Source of the DNA: Isurus oxyrinchus
Taxonomy: Eukaryota
DNA: 64,000 bases
NCBI GenBank assembly: GCA_026770705.1
Contig: JANJGN010000039.1
Span: forward strand, 3,596,001-3,660,000
Reading direction: 5' to 3'
Position numbers and translations under genes: made by a program. The notes beneath the pieces are model-generated. The model ran no database searches. It was not told where the DNA came from and saw nothing but the letters and a program-made list of their open reading frames with translations. This document shows, one piece after another, positions 50,801-61,779 of the stretch. Position 1 is the first letter of the stretch, and each line of letters begins with the position of its first letter.

Positions 50801-53800
50801 GGGCAACATTGCCTGGGCTGCAAGAAAGATATAAAAAGGGGAGGAGGGGGTGTGGGGTGTGGTGGGGTGTGGGTTGGGGGCATTCTGGGAGGCAGGGGAT
50901 CAAGCAAATTGTATGGTATCCCTTGAATTTTAAAAATTCAGAAATAACCTTCTCGACATTTCCACGATGTTAACTAGAGCTGAGACTGACGATTGAGAAA
51001 AATAAATGAATAAGTAAACGATTAGCTCATTGGACATGTCAGCATGCTGGGGGTTGTTGCGGATGTTCGTTGCGAGGTGGGTACAAAAGGTAAATAAAAA
51101 AGTAGGCCTGAACTTCTCTAATTGAAATAAAATGAAATGTCATTTAAATGTTAAGCTTTTGATAAGTTGAAGTAATGTTGATTTTGTCTATAAGTGTTTT
51201 CAAATTGAATTTTATACAGTGCCAGACAACAGACCTGTGAGCGAAATTCAATGCCATGGAATAAAAAGGAAAGTAGGCAATTGAATATGAAATTGGCTGA
51301 TTGAAAGGAAGCAGAGAAGAGCGATAGATGGTTGTTTTTCAGATTGGAGGAAGGTTTGGAGTTCCTCAGATAACAATCCTGGGGCCCTTGTTCCTCCTGA
51401 TATATATTAATGACCCAGAATCTGGTGCGCTGGGCATGATTTCAAAATTTGCACATGATATGAAGTTTGAAATTGTTGTGAACTGCGTCGGGGACAATCT
51501 TGAACTTGAAATGGACATAGGTGTGTTAGCGGATCGTGCACAGAAGAGACAGAGGAAGTTCATTGCAGAGAGCGTGAGGTGATTCGTTTCATCAGGAAAG
51601 TTATGGTGAGACGATATGAAATGAAGGAAGAGCTTTTAAAGGACGTGCATGAACAGAGGAATCTCAGTGTATTCGTACATAGGTCTTTGAAGGTGGGAGC
51701 GTGTGTTGAGTGCACAGTTCGTAAATCATATAGTATCTTGGGCTTTATTAATAGGGGCATTGACTACAAGAGTTAGGCGATCTTGTTGAACTTGTATAAT
51801 ACAATAGTTAGAACTCATGTGGAGTGCAGGTCCTGTTTCGGGCACTGTACTTAAGGAAGGATGTGAAGACAATAGATCGAGTACGGAGGAGATTCACAAG
51901 AAATATCCCTGGCATGTAGATTTGTAGCTATGAGGATAGATTGGAGAAGTTGGAACCGCTTTCCCTTGAAGAAAATAAGGCTGAGAGGAAACTTTATTAA
52001 GGTATTGAAGATCCTAAGGAATGTGAACAGGGGAAATAGTGAGGAAATATTCCCACCTAAGGGAGCATCAAGAACGAGATGGCACATATTCAAAATGATT
52101 AGCAAACGTGCAGAAATGAAATGAGGGAAACTGATTTTTTATCGCCCAGATGGGATTTGGCATCCGGAACAAATTTCCTGGAATTAACTGGATGCAATTC
52201 CCATCGAGGATTTCAAAAGGGAATTGGATTCTTACCTGAAAGGAGAGAATATACAAGGTCACAGGGATAAGGCAAAGGATAGTGGACTAGTTAGAATGTT
52301 CTTTCAGAGGGAACTTCATGTGCCAAACAGCCTCCTTCTGCATTGTAAAGATACTGCAATGTTGTGAAGAGATCTTCCAATAATGGGAATTTACCCTTGA
52401 ACAATTATAAAAATTGAGGTGTAGATTAGCAGTTTTGTGAACCAAATGTCCAGAGGGATAGGGGGCCAAGAGGTGAGGGTTATGAACCACAGGAAAGTTA
52501 AAGCACAGAAGGGGCCTAATCAGCCACCGTGTCTGCACCGGCCATGGAAAGAGAAATCCAAATGAACCAGTCGCTCAGTTTTAACCCCAGTTTCCTGCAC
52601 TTGTTCCATAACAATGTGGGTTACAGCACGTCAGGTCCAGACGCAGGTACCATTTAATTCAGTTGAACGTTTCAGATTCAACCACCAGTTTAGGCCGTGA
52701 TTCCCAGGCACCCAGAATCCTCTGGGAAAAAGTGTTTTCTTTATGTCACCCTTAATCCCTCTACCAATGTCAGCCCCCTAACCCCTCCCCCAGCCCATCG
52801 CCGGCACAGCCCCTGCCACACCCCACTCTTCGTTTAATGACTTGGCAGCATTCCTGGAAATCCATTCTGCACAGTCATAGAACACTGTTGCCCTTCCAGT
52901 AATGTGGTGACTGGAATTCTACACAAAATTCCAGCTGCAGCTTAACCAGTATTTTAGACATTTCCAGCATTGCATCCCTGCTTTTGTATTCAATACCTCA
53001 CCCAATAAAGATAAATATTCCATTTGTGTTCTTTACCACCTTATCCACGTGCACTGCAACCTTCGGTGACCTGTTGACATGCACTCCCAAGTCTCCCACT
53101 TTCTCAACCCCAATCAATAAGTTCCAGTTTATTGAGCATCACCTTGCTTGGGTTGCCCTCCCCAAATGCATTAGCTCACGCTTCTTCTGGATTAATTTCT
53201 ATTTGGCAACATTTTGCCTACTCATCCAAACCATTGGTAGCATCATGAAGGCAGCACTTATCCAAATTACTGTTATGTACAGGATCAATTTTTGGTTCCT
53301 CGGAAAATTTTCCAATCACACTTTTAAGTGCAAATTGGATACAAACAGCAATAACCCCAGCACCGAGACCTTTGGAATCCACTGGAAACGCTTTGCAATG
53401 ATAAAGACATCCATCGACCATTGCAATTTGTCTCCTGTCAATGAGCCAACTTTGCATCGAACTTGGCACCTTGTCCCGTATCCAATGGGATCTCACTTTT
53501 TTGACGAGCCTTTCATGTGGGACCTTGTCAAGTGTTTTGCGAATATCCTTGTTTATAACATATGCTGAACTACTCTCATCAATCCTACTTGTTACTTCCT
53601 AAAGAAATGTCTATTTATTTGGTAAGGCACTATCATCAACTAACAAAACCATGCTGACTATCCCTAAACAATCTCTTCCTTTCTAATTGACTGTATATCC
53701 TGCCTCTCACAATTGATACCAATTATTTGACCACCGTCGAAGGCATACTGATTGGACTATAAATCTATGGCCACTCCCTCACAAACTTTTTCAAAATTTG

Positions 53801-56800
53801 GTACAGCTCTTGCAGACTCCCAGTCTTATTCTACCTTGCTTGTATCTAGTGAGGATTGGAAAGTACTCCTCAGAGCATTCGCTATTTCCTCCCTGGCTTC
53901 CTTTAACAGCCTGGTATATTACCCAAAACAAAAGCAGAATTACCTGGAAAAACTCAGCAGGTCTGGCAGCATCGGTGGAGAAGAAAAGAGTTGACGTTTC
54001 GAGTCGTCATGACCCTTACACAGAACTTGAGTTCGAGTCCAAGAAAGAGTTGAAATATAAGCTGGTTTAAGGTGTGTGTGTGGGGGGCGGAGAGATATAT
54101 AGAGAGAGAGGTGGGGGCTGTGTGTGTGGTTGTATGAACAAACAAGCAGTGATAGAAGCAGATCATCACAAGATGTCAACGACAATAGTACCATAGAACA
54201 CATAGGTGTTTAAGTTAAAGTTGGTGATATTATCTAAACGAATGTGCTAATTAAGAATGGATGGCAGGGCACTCAAGGTATAGCTCTAGTGGGGGTGTTT
54301 TTTTATAATGGAAATAGGTGGGAAAAGGAAAATCTTTATAATTTATTGGGAAAAAAAGGAAGGGGGAAACAGAAAGGGGGTGGGGATGGGGGAGGGAGGT
54401 CACAACCTAAAGTTTTTCAATTCAATGTTCAGTCCAGAAGGCTGTAAGGTGCCGAGACGGAAGAGGAGGTGTTGTTCCTCCAGTTTGCGTTGGGCTTCAC
54501 TGGAACAATGCTGCAAGCCAAGGACAGACATGTGGGCAAGAGAACAGGGTGGAGTGTTAAAATGGCAAGCGACAGGGAGGTTTGGGTCATTCTTACAGAC
54601 AGACCGCAGGTGTTTTGCAAAGCGGTCGCGCAGTTTACGTTTGGTCTCTCCAATGTAGAGGAGACCATATTGGGAGCAACGAATGCAGTAGACTAAGTTG
54701 GGGGAAATGCAAGTGAAATGCTGCTTCACTTGAAAGGAGTGTTTGGGCCCTTGGACGGTGAGGAGAGAGGAAGTGAAGGGGCAGGTGTTACATCTTTTTT
54801 GTGGGCATGGGGTGGTGCCATAGGAGGGGGTTGAGGAGTAGGGGGTGATGGAGGTTTGGACCAGGGTATCTTGGAGGGAGCGATCCCTATGGAATTCCGA
54901 TAAGGGGGGTGAAGGGAAGATGTGTTTGGTGGTGGCATCATTCTGGAGTTGGTGGAAATGGCGGAGGATGATCCTTTGAATGCGGAGGCTGGTGGGGTGA
55001 TAAGTGAGGGCAAGGGGGACACTATCATGTTTCTGGGAGGGAGGAGAAGGCATGAGGGCGAATGCCCCACACAAAAGAAGTAACACCTGCCCATTCACTT
55101 CCTCTCTCCTCACCGTCCAAGGGCCCAAACACTCCTTTCAAGTGAAGCAGCATTTCACTTGCATTTCCCCCAACTTAGTCTACTGCATTCGTTGCTCCCA
55201 ATGTGGTCTCCTCTACATTGGAGAGACCAAACGTAAAGTGGGCGACCGCTTTGCAGACCACCTGTGGTCTGTCCGCAAGAATGACCCAAACCTCCCTGTC
55301 GCTTGCCATCTTACCACTCCACCCTGCTCTCTTGCCCACATGTCTGTCCTTGGCTTGCTGCATTGATCCAGTGAAACCCAACGCAAACTGGAGGAACAAC
55401 ACCTCATCTTCCGATTAGGCACCTTACAGCCTTCCGGACTGAATATTGAATTCAACAACTTTAGGTCGTGAGCTCCCTCCACCATCCCCACCCACTTTCT
55501 GTTTCCCCCTTCCTTTTTTTCCCAAGAAATTATAAAGATTTTCCTTTTCCCACCTATTTCCATTATAAAAAAAACATCCCCACTAGAGCTTTACCTTGAG
55601 TGCCCTACCATCCATTCTTAATTAGCACATTCCTTTAGATAATATCACCAACTTTAACTTTAACACCTATGTGTTCTATTGTACTATTGTCGTTGACATC
55701 TTTTGATGATCTGCTTCTATCACTGCTTGTTTGTCCACACAACCACCTCTCTCTCTCTCTATCTCTCCGCCCCCCCACACACACACCTTAAACCAGCTTA
55801 TATTTCAACTCTTTCTTGGACTCGAAATCAAGTTCTGTCGAAGGGTCATGAGGACTCGAAACGTCAACTATTTTCTTCTCCGCCGATGCTGCCAGACCTG
55901 CTGAGTTTTTCCAGGTAATTCTGTTTTTGTTTTGGATTTCCAGCATCTGCAGTTTTTTTGTTTTTATCTTGGTATATTTCCCATCTGGCCCTGGTAATTT
56001 ATTGAACTTCAGTGAAGCCATTCCTTCAGTGCACCCTCTCTCACTATGCTTATTGCATGTAAGCTTTCACATTCCGAACCCCTTAAGTAGAATGTCTGTC
56101 ATAAGGCCTTTTTTATCTGCTTTATCTTAACCCAGAAACTTCTAGGTAAATTTAGGTCATTGAATGAGGACACAATCTTGAACGGATGAATGAACTACTG
56201 GTGCTCGTATTTCTTTATGAGAAATAGACAGAGATGGTAGTATCAACAGCAGAGGCTTATTAGAGAATGGGAAGAAGTGGAACACAGGGAACACCGTATG
56301 GCAAACATTCCATCTCTGCCCCTTGGTTTCTGACATCAAGAGCATCATTATTTTTAACAACTCCAACATTAGTTACCAACTGCTTATATTCTGAACTTAT
56401 GAATCCCTCTGCCAAGCCTTTCTGCCTCTTTAATTGTCTCTGTTCCTTAAAACCACCCCTTTGGATGAAATCCTGATTAGCCTGTCCTCACGCCTCCTTA
56501 TATGAAGCGGTGTTAAATGACCGTTTGATATCATTGCTGTCAATCGCTACAATTAGTTTGTGTACTAAATGGTGCTCTATAACTAATGGTTATCATTCTC
56601 ATACACATGGCCAGATTTTGAATCGGTGACCAATGGTTAAAAGCAAGAGGCAAATCCTCAAACAGAAGTTAAGCACAGTGCATGCTGGGAATCTGATTTG
56701 CCTCCTTAGCCACGAGACCCAGGCCTCAAGCCAAGCTGGATATAATCATAGATTCACAGAGGTTAAAAGGACAATAAAAGGACATTCGGCCCATCGAGCC

Positions 56801-59409
56801 TGCGCCATGCAATCACCCAACTATTCTAATCCACTTTCTCAGTACTAGGCCATAGCCTTGATGGGACATCACAAATGCACACATCAGCTCAACATGTTAG
56901 TGATTGTACATTTTTCTGTCAGTATCCTTGAACTTTGATTGTGTAATAATAAACTGTAGACATACATTAATTTGTTTGTATAATAATAACCTATGGGCTT
57001 CCATGAGCTTCGCGTGTATAATAATAAACTGTGGACATACATGAACATTGATTGTTTAATAATAAACTGTTGGCACGCGTGTTCTTTTAGATATCTTAGA
57101 CGATAGGAGCTGTGACTCACCTCCAGCAATGGAGATATAGCTTGATATAATCTGCTCAAAACTTATCAGATCTCCTTCCTCTGTCTGGTCGAGAAGATAG
57201 TCGAGATTTTGTCGATGAGTCTTTGCATTGTTCCAGTCACCACTGGAGATAATTCCTGTAAGTGAAATGAAGAGCAGTCACAGAAGCCAACACCAAACGT
57301 TCGCACTGTGGAGTTAGAATTTGTAAAGTGCTTGACATAGGAGACCGAGGACTTGGCTTTTCATTGACTGGGGAGTGTGTGACGGAGGCGATGTGTAACG
57401 TAGTTCAAGACATGTCTGACAATAGCCAAGTGATGATTATCAAGAATGTACAAGGGCCTGGATCTGGAGGAATGCAAGGAGCCAGGAGGGTTTGAATGAC
57501 TGGAGGATGGAAAGGACAGAGCGATTTGCTAATAGCATATATGAAAATGTTAAAGTTCTGTATCCTTATCCAGTGAAGGTCCGTGGATCCGTGGATCCCC
57601 GGTTGACGAATGAATGTGGACATCATTGAGCAGGAAACCTTATCACTCAACAGAACGGTTACAATCCACCTGCAGAACTCACTTTGAATGTCGTTTCTGA
57701 AGACTAAGAGCTGATTAAAGAAGAAGGCGAGCAGATTGTCATCACAGCGGTCGAGCAGATCACTGATCCTCTGCCGGGAATTCTTCAGACTTCCAGAGAC
57801 CTTAACTAGAAATAAGAGAGCAGCATTTTTCAGAGTACATTAGTTCTATCAATCTGGCAGAAAAGACAGAAATGAAACGAAGGAAGAGGGAAGTTAGTTT
57901 GGAAGAAATGAATGATGTATGGCAGTGAATGCCGTGAAGAGGGATGCAATTGAAGGTAGGAAGGGGGAATAGAAAGTGGTTGGAATTACATAGAATATAC
58001 CGCGCTGTAACTGATCACGCGGCCCTTTTAACCTGGGATGGTGTTTAGACTTCACCAAGTCTCATCCCATTGTCGCTTCTCATTTCAACCTAGCATCCCA
58101 TATATCCAATCACCTTTATACAAGTGCTCTCCCAGGATCACTTTAAGATGCCTGCCAGAAACATTTGCTGTGCTCATGCATTACACAGTACACCCACTTA
58201 CTCAATGAAGAAATGAGAGCTTCTCTAAGCATCAGTCAATAATTATTATGGATAGGGCGAGAATTCCTTTCCACAGAAATTGTGTGCATTCACTCTACGT
58301 GAACCCTGCCTAAACCATTCACAATTTTAAAGGATTCTTCCTCTTAAAAGTCAACACAAACTAATCTCTAACGTAATTACAATAGTGACTTCCTGCACAA
58401 TAATATATAATTTTGCATAGATTGCTATGCAGAAAGAGGCCACTTGGGTCAGCGTGTCTTCACCAGCTGGAAAACGACCCGTCTTACCTCATCCTAATAT
58501 CCAGCATTTGTTCTGTAAGTGCCAACAACACTTCATGTGCGTATCCACACACATTTTAAGTGAAATGAGGGTTTCTGCCTCGACTACACTTTCAGGCAAT
58601 GAGTTCTGGATCCCTGCATTCCACAGTCTGAAAGAAATTCTCAACTCCCTTTCTATTTTTTTACAAACGTCAACTTAAATCTATGCCACCAAATCACTGT
58701 TCTCTCTGGTAAAGGAAATATCACCATCATATGTTCTCTAGCCAGGCCCCTAATAATTATGTACATGTCAACATATCCACCCCTGGGACTCCTCTGTTCC
58801 ATGGAGAACAGCCCCAGTGGATCCATTCTTTCTGCACAGCTGCAGTTTTCCAGTGCGAAGTGGCGACATCCTCTAAAGCCTCCACTGTATCTTCTCCAAT
58901 ACAATCAGATCTTTGCTGTAATACGGTGACCAGCACTACACACAGGAATCACTTGTTGTCTGATTAATGCTTTGTGCAGTTGCAGTATATCCGCCATGCT
59001 TGTCTTTTCTATACCTCAGTTAGAAATAAAAAATTCCATAGGCCCTCTTAAACTCTTTGTAAACCTGTCCTGCTATTCAGGAACATGTGGGGAATCACTG
59101 CAAGGATTTCGGAAGAAAGGAAGGAGTTAAGAGTGGGTGGAAGCATCGTATCTATAAAAGAAGAGAGGACAATTAAAGCCTCCAAAATAGGAATCAAAAT
59201 TGAGCAAATGTTTCTGCTCTCTTATTCCTAGTCATGCAACAAAAAAATTCAAGGAAACCATCGCTTAGAGCGACAGGGTCGGCCTTACAGCTGATGAAGT
59301 CTCTGAAGGTCAACATGTGCCTCAAGACGAACTGAAGATTCGGAGTGTCGAACTTATTCAAAATGTCCTCGATCTTCCCGCGAGGGTTTTCATCAGTCAT
59401 GGACGCCAT
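47792..59409 (-). CDS. Unidentified multi-exon gene encoding a ~216-aa protein with four ~41-45-aa helical repeats; coding exons 59409-59289, 57805-57683, 57255-57121, 50572-50450, then (less certain) 50051-50013, 48460-48374, 47814-47792
   Basis: The four main exons have polypyrimidine-AG acceptors and strong donors (gtaagg, gtgagt, gtgagt, gtaagc). All are phase 1-1 with lengths 123/123/135/123 nt, stop-free when joined, and align to each other without gaps. Confidence 0.8.
48374..48460 (-). CDS. Repeat gene possible exon: PKISGTWRDEYGIFNLIWALHFLSEFLTM
   Basis: Good donor ATGG|gtaaga; 87 nt, phase 1-1 and open, but requires a rare GAG acceptor. Confidence 0.4.
48820..49505. mobile_element. 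CR1 3' fragments (short minus-strand tail 48820-48910 joined to a plus-strand piece 48910-49505)
   Basis: cacacctggggtattgtgtgcagttttagtctcc; 3' hairpin region gagcaggcttgatgagccgaatg. Confidence 0.7.
50013..50051 (-). CDS. Repeat gene short exon: LESDYTMLRHGEN
   Basis: ggttttcag| ... AACC|gtatgt; 39 nt, phase 1-1. Confidence 0.55.
50450..50572 (-). CDS. Repeat gene exon R4: ATATGREEKPREIIDSLLDKLDAASLSAVLQHLLILREYGV
   Basis: ctgtatggtttcag| ... GTCC|gtaagc; 123 nt; closest to R1. Confidence 0.85.
51170..52350 (+). mobile_element. CR1 LINE RT and 3' part
   Basis: GVPQITILGPLFLLIYINDP..MISKFAHDMK; ILGFINRGIDYKS; RLRGNFIKVLKIL. Confidence 0.88.
53926..55969. mobile_element. Penelope-like element, tail-out inverted pair (left arm minus 53926-~55061, right arm plus ~55062-55969)
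   Basis: 242-aa ORF 54400-55128 carries a complete GIY-YIG domain (LVYCIRCSQYGLLYIGETKR...LEEQ...PSGLNIE); ORF 55004-55366 is its mirror. TSD tggtatatt(a/t)ccca at 53912-53925 and 55970-55983. Confidence 0.95.
55831..55869 (+). ncRNA. Minimal type I hammerhead-ribozyme-like motif in the Penelope terminal repeat (homologs at 34570-34608 -, 36795-36832 +, 53989-54027 -, 43720-43757 -, 45345-45379 +)
   Basis: AGTT-CTGTCGA-A-GGGTC-atgag-GACTC-GAAAC-GTC-AACT: stem I AGTT/AACT, stem II GGGTC/GACTC, palindromic ACGT in place of stem III. Confidence 0.7.
56300..56595 (+). mobile_element. L2-class LINE 3' end
   Basis: ...tccttaaaaccaccccttt...aaatggtgctctataactaatggttatcatt resembles an L2-type 3' terminus. 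Confidence 0.55.
56940..57075. repeat. Local imperfect direct repeat (aataataaactgt...catacat...ttgttt)
   Basis: taataataaactgt occurs three times within ~130 bp. Confidence 0.75.
57121..57255 (-). CDS. Repeat gene exon R3: RIISSGDWNNAKTHRQNLDYLLDQTEEGDLISFEQIISSYISIAG
   Basis: ctcttcatttcacttacag| ... GGAG|gtgagt; 135 nt. Confidence 0.85.
57683..57805 (-). CDS. Repeat gene exon R2: FKVSGSLKNSRQRISDLLDRCDDNLLAFFFNQLLVFRNDIQ
   Basis: ctctcttatttctag| ... CAAA|gtgagt; 123 nt. Confidence 0.85.
58410..59090 (-). mobile_element. CR1 LINE 3' fragment
   Basis: ERMDPLGLFSMEQRSPRGGYVDMYIIIRGL (ORF 58653-58904). Confidence 0.75.
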
Positions 59410-59411
59410 TG
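59289..59411 (-). CDS. Repeat gene exon R1 (probable start): MASMTDENPRGKIEDILNKFDTPNLQFVLRHMLTFRDFIS
   Basis: tattttcag|CAATGG ... AGCT|gtaagg; 123 nt. Confidence 0.85.
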
Positions 59412-59769
59412 CTGAAAATACAGATCAACATTTTTTGTTCCCTGATTGGTCAAACCAGAAATCAGATGCGACCTAAAAAGTCATAACACGAGTGGGGCCA
59501 TGAAACAATGGAGCTGCCAGCAGCTGGGAGTCAGAATGATCAATGTCTGTGGGAGAATCAATGATTATCGCAAAAAAAAACTGCATTTATGTAGTGCCTA
59601 TCAGGATCTCAGTTCGTCTTAAAGAGTTTCACAGCCAGATAATTATATTTTAGAAATATGCGCAATCTATGTTGAAAGGTGTATATTGTGGTTGCCAATC
59701 AGTAAACAGAAAATATCTTCATATTTCTGTAATGTTCACTTAAGTGGAAAGTATTTGTTTCAGGACACT

Positions 59770-60420
59770 AGCGGTATTCAAACGCATTACCAATTTTAAA
59801 ACCCTGACCATCAAGATCTTGGGAAGCAACATTGAGCAGTAACTGAACTGGACCAGGCATAGAAAAGATTTGGCTACAAGAGCATGCCAGAGGCCGGGAA
59901 TCCCGCTGCAATTACTCACCTCCTGATTGCCCAAGCCATGCCCAACACCTACAAGTCACAAGTCAGGGGTGTTATGGAATATTCTCCTCTTCTCTGGACG
60001 GGCGCAGCTCCAACAACACTCAAGAAGCCACCATCCAGGGCAAAGCTGCCTGTTTGAATGTCACCCCACCTATAAGCATTAGGCCCCCACCATCGATGCA
60101 CAGTAGTAGCAGTTTGTGTGATCTACAACATGCACTGCAGTAACTCACCAAAGCTTCTGAAATGGTACCTTCTACATCCACCACTACTACCATTTAGGAG
60201 GAAAAGGGCAGCGGATATATGGCAACTGCACCAGCTGGAAGATCCACTGCAAGCTATAGGTCATCCTGACATAGAATTGTATCATCATCTCTTCACTGCC
60301 GCTGAGTCAGAATCCTGGAACTGCCACCCTAACAGCGCTGTGGGTGCACCTACACTAACAGGGTCTGCTGTGATTCAAGATGGCAGCTCAACACTACTTT
60401 CTCAAGGGATATTTAGGTTT
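59770..60420 (+). mobile_element. Family B LINE 3' fragment
   Basis: Collinear with 2560-3170 (cattgagcagtaactgaactggacc, ctccaacaacactcaagaagc, tcaagatggcagctca). Confidence 0.75.
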
Positions 60421-60954
60421 TTCAACAAACGCTCATCTAAGCAGCTCCTATATCATTTAAATGTATGATTAATAATAACAACCACTTGTGCTTGGTCGAA
60501 TGCATGTGAGGAATATTTTACACCTTCAAACAGATGGGTGAGCAATGAGGTGAGTTGTGAGTGATAGACGGAGTGGGGGGGGGGGGGGGGCAGGGGAGTG
60601 AAGGAATGAGGGAGAAAGGAATTGAGGTCAAGTCTGATGGAAACAGTGAGACTGAAACTGCATAAAATAAGCTCCAGTTCCGTGATTCGATGCTGTTGCA
60701 AATCATTAAGTCAATTGACCTTACAGAATCCAAAGTCCAGAGCATAAACGTTTTTCAGTGATAACGGCAATATATGTTTATTATTCGTGCTCTGTATTAT
60801 TGGCTAAGGTTTTTCATTATACTATAACTGTGTAAATACAATGTCGACAACAGTCAGCACTCTGAGGTGGAATATCAAGGGATCCAGTCACACTCAAGAA
60901 ACTTTAGCCCAATGCTCCTAGCCTGCAAATGTTGTTTAGCAGTTCTAACAGAGA

Positions 60955-61350
60955 GCTGCATTTGCAGAGGGTGAGCAATCAGGGAGCGCTGTACTATGGG
61001 AGAGTCAGTACTGAGGGAGTGCTGCACTGTCGGAGGGTCAGTATTCAGGGAGCACTGCACTGTCAGAGAGTCAGCACTGAGGGAGTGCTGCACTGTTGGA
61101 GGATCAATACTGAGGGTGCGCTGCTCTGTCTTATTTCAGTACTGACATTGTGATGCACTTTCGGAAGGTCAGTTTTGAGGCAGCGCCGCAGTGCTGGTGA
61201 TCAGCACAGACAGAGTGCTGCACTTTTAGAGGCTTTGTACTGAGAGAGCCTTGCATTTTCGGAAATGGTCTATAAAGGGAATGCTGCACTGTCAACCTTC
61301 TGTACTGAGTTCCTGCTGCCTTGTCAGAGGGCCAGATAATAATGAGCTCC
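60955..61350. repeat. ~30-bp minisatellite (gtactgagggagtgctgcactgtcggagggtca-like), about a dozen copies
   Basis: Direct inspection; copies become more degenerate toward 61350. Confidence 0.9.
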
Positions 61351-61606
61351 GCACTTTTGGGCTGGCTGCTCAGACAGATGAAACATAGGTTCTTTCAGTA
61401 ATGAAGAGACATTCGTTCGCCAAAGGTTATGAAGAGGTTCTGCGTAACTCCAGTTTTCGGTGTTGGGTGAGGGCTGTACTGTTCTCTATCACATTATTCG
61501 AAGGGGAAAAGTTTTTTTTAAAAAAAGACAATTCGTGCTCGCTCACGTTTTCGAAACTTTCTACCCTAAGCACCTGTATAGACAAGAGCAGCAACATTTC
61601 ACTTAC

Positions 61607-61685
61607 TCGTAGGGGCTTTGGAGCTGGTTGTGGGAATCGAGATATGCACTCACGCTCACAGGGCGAGAATGAATTAAACATACAT
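61607..61685 (-). other. Probable 5'UTR exon 2 of the repeat gene (contains uATGs)
   Basis: attctctgtag|ATGTATG...CTACGA|gtaagt; 79 nt. Confidence 0.6.
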
Positions 61686-61779
61686 CTACAGAGAATTTTC
61701 AATAGACAATCAATCGCACAGTACTTTGAAAAAGCTAATATTGCACACATTAATTCTGTGAGAAAAATGTGTAAGTTAC

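Larger units (their letters stand above)
52480..56050 (-). mobile_element. CR1 LINE fragment (52480-53925 and 55984-56050) split by the Penelope palindrome
   Basis: Reverse complement gives RT-region remnants (WLIDRRQIAMVDG; GKFSEEPKI); the sequence is continuous across the TSD. Confidence 0.75.

Noticed and set aside
52984-53568. 194-aa plus-strand ORF
   Set aside because: Antisense to a decayed CR1 RT region.
60955-61350. Regularly spaced ~30-bp repeats as a CRISPR array
   Set aside because: Head-to-tail units with no unique spacers, no cas genes, and a vertebrate context.
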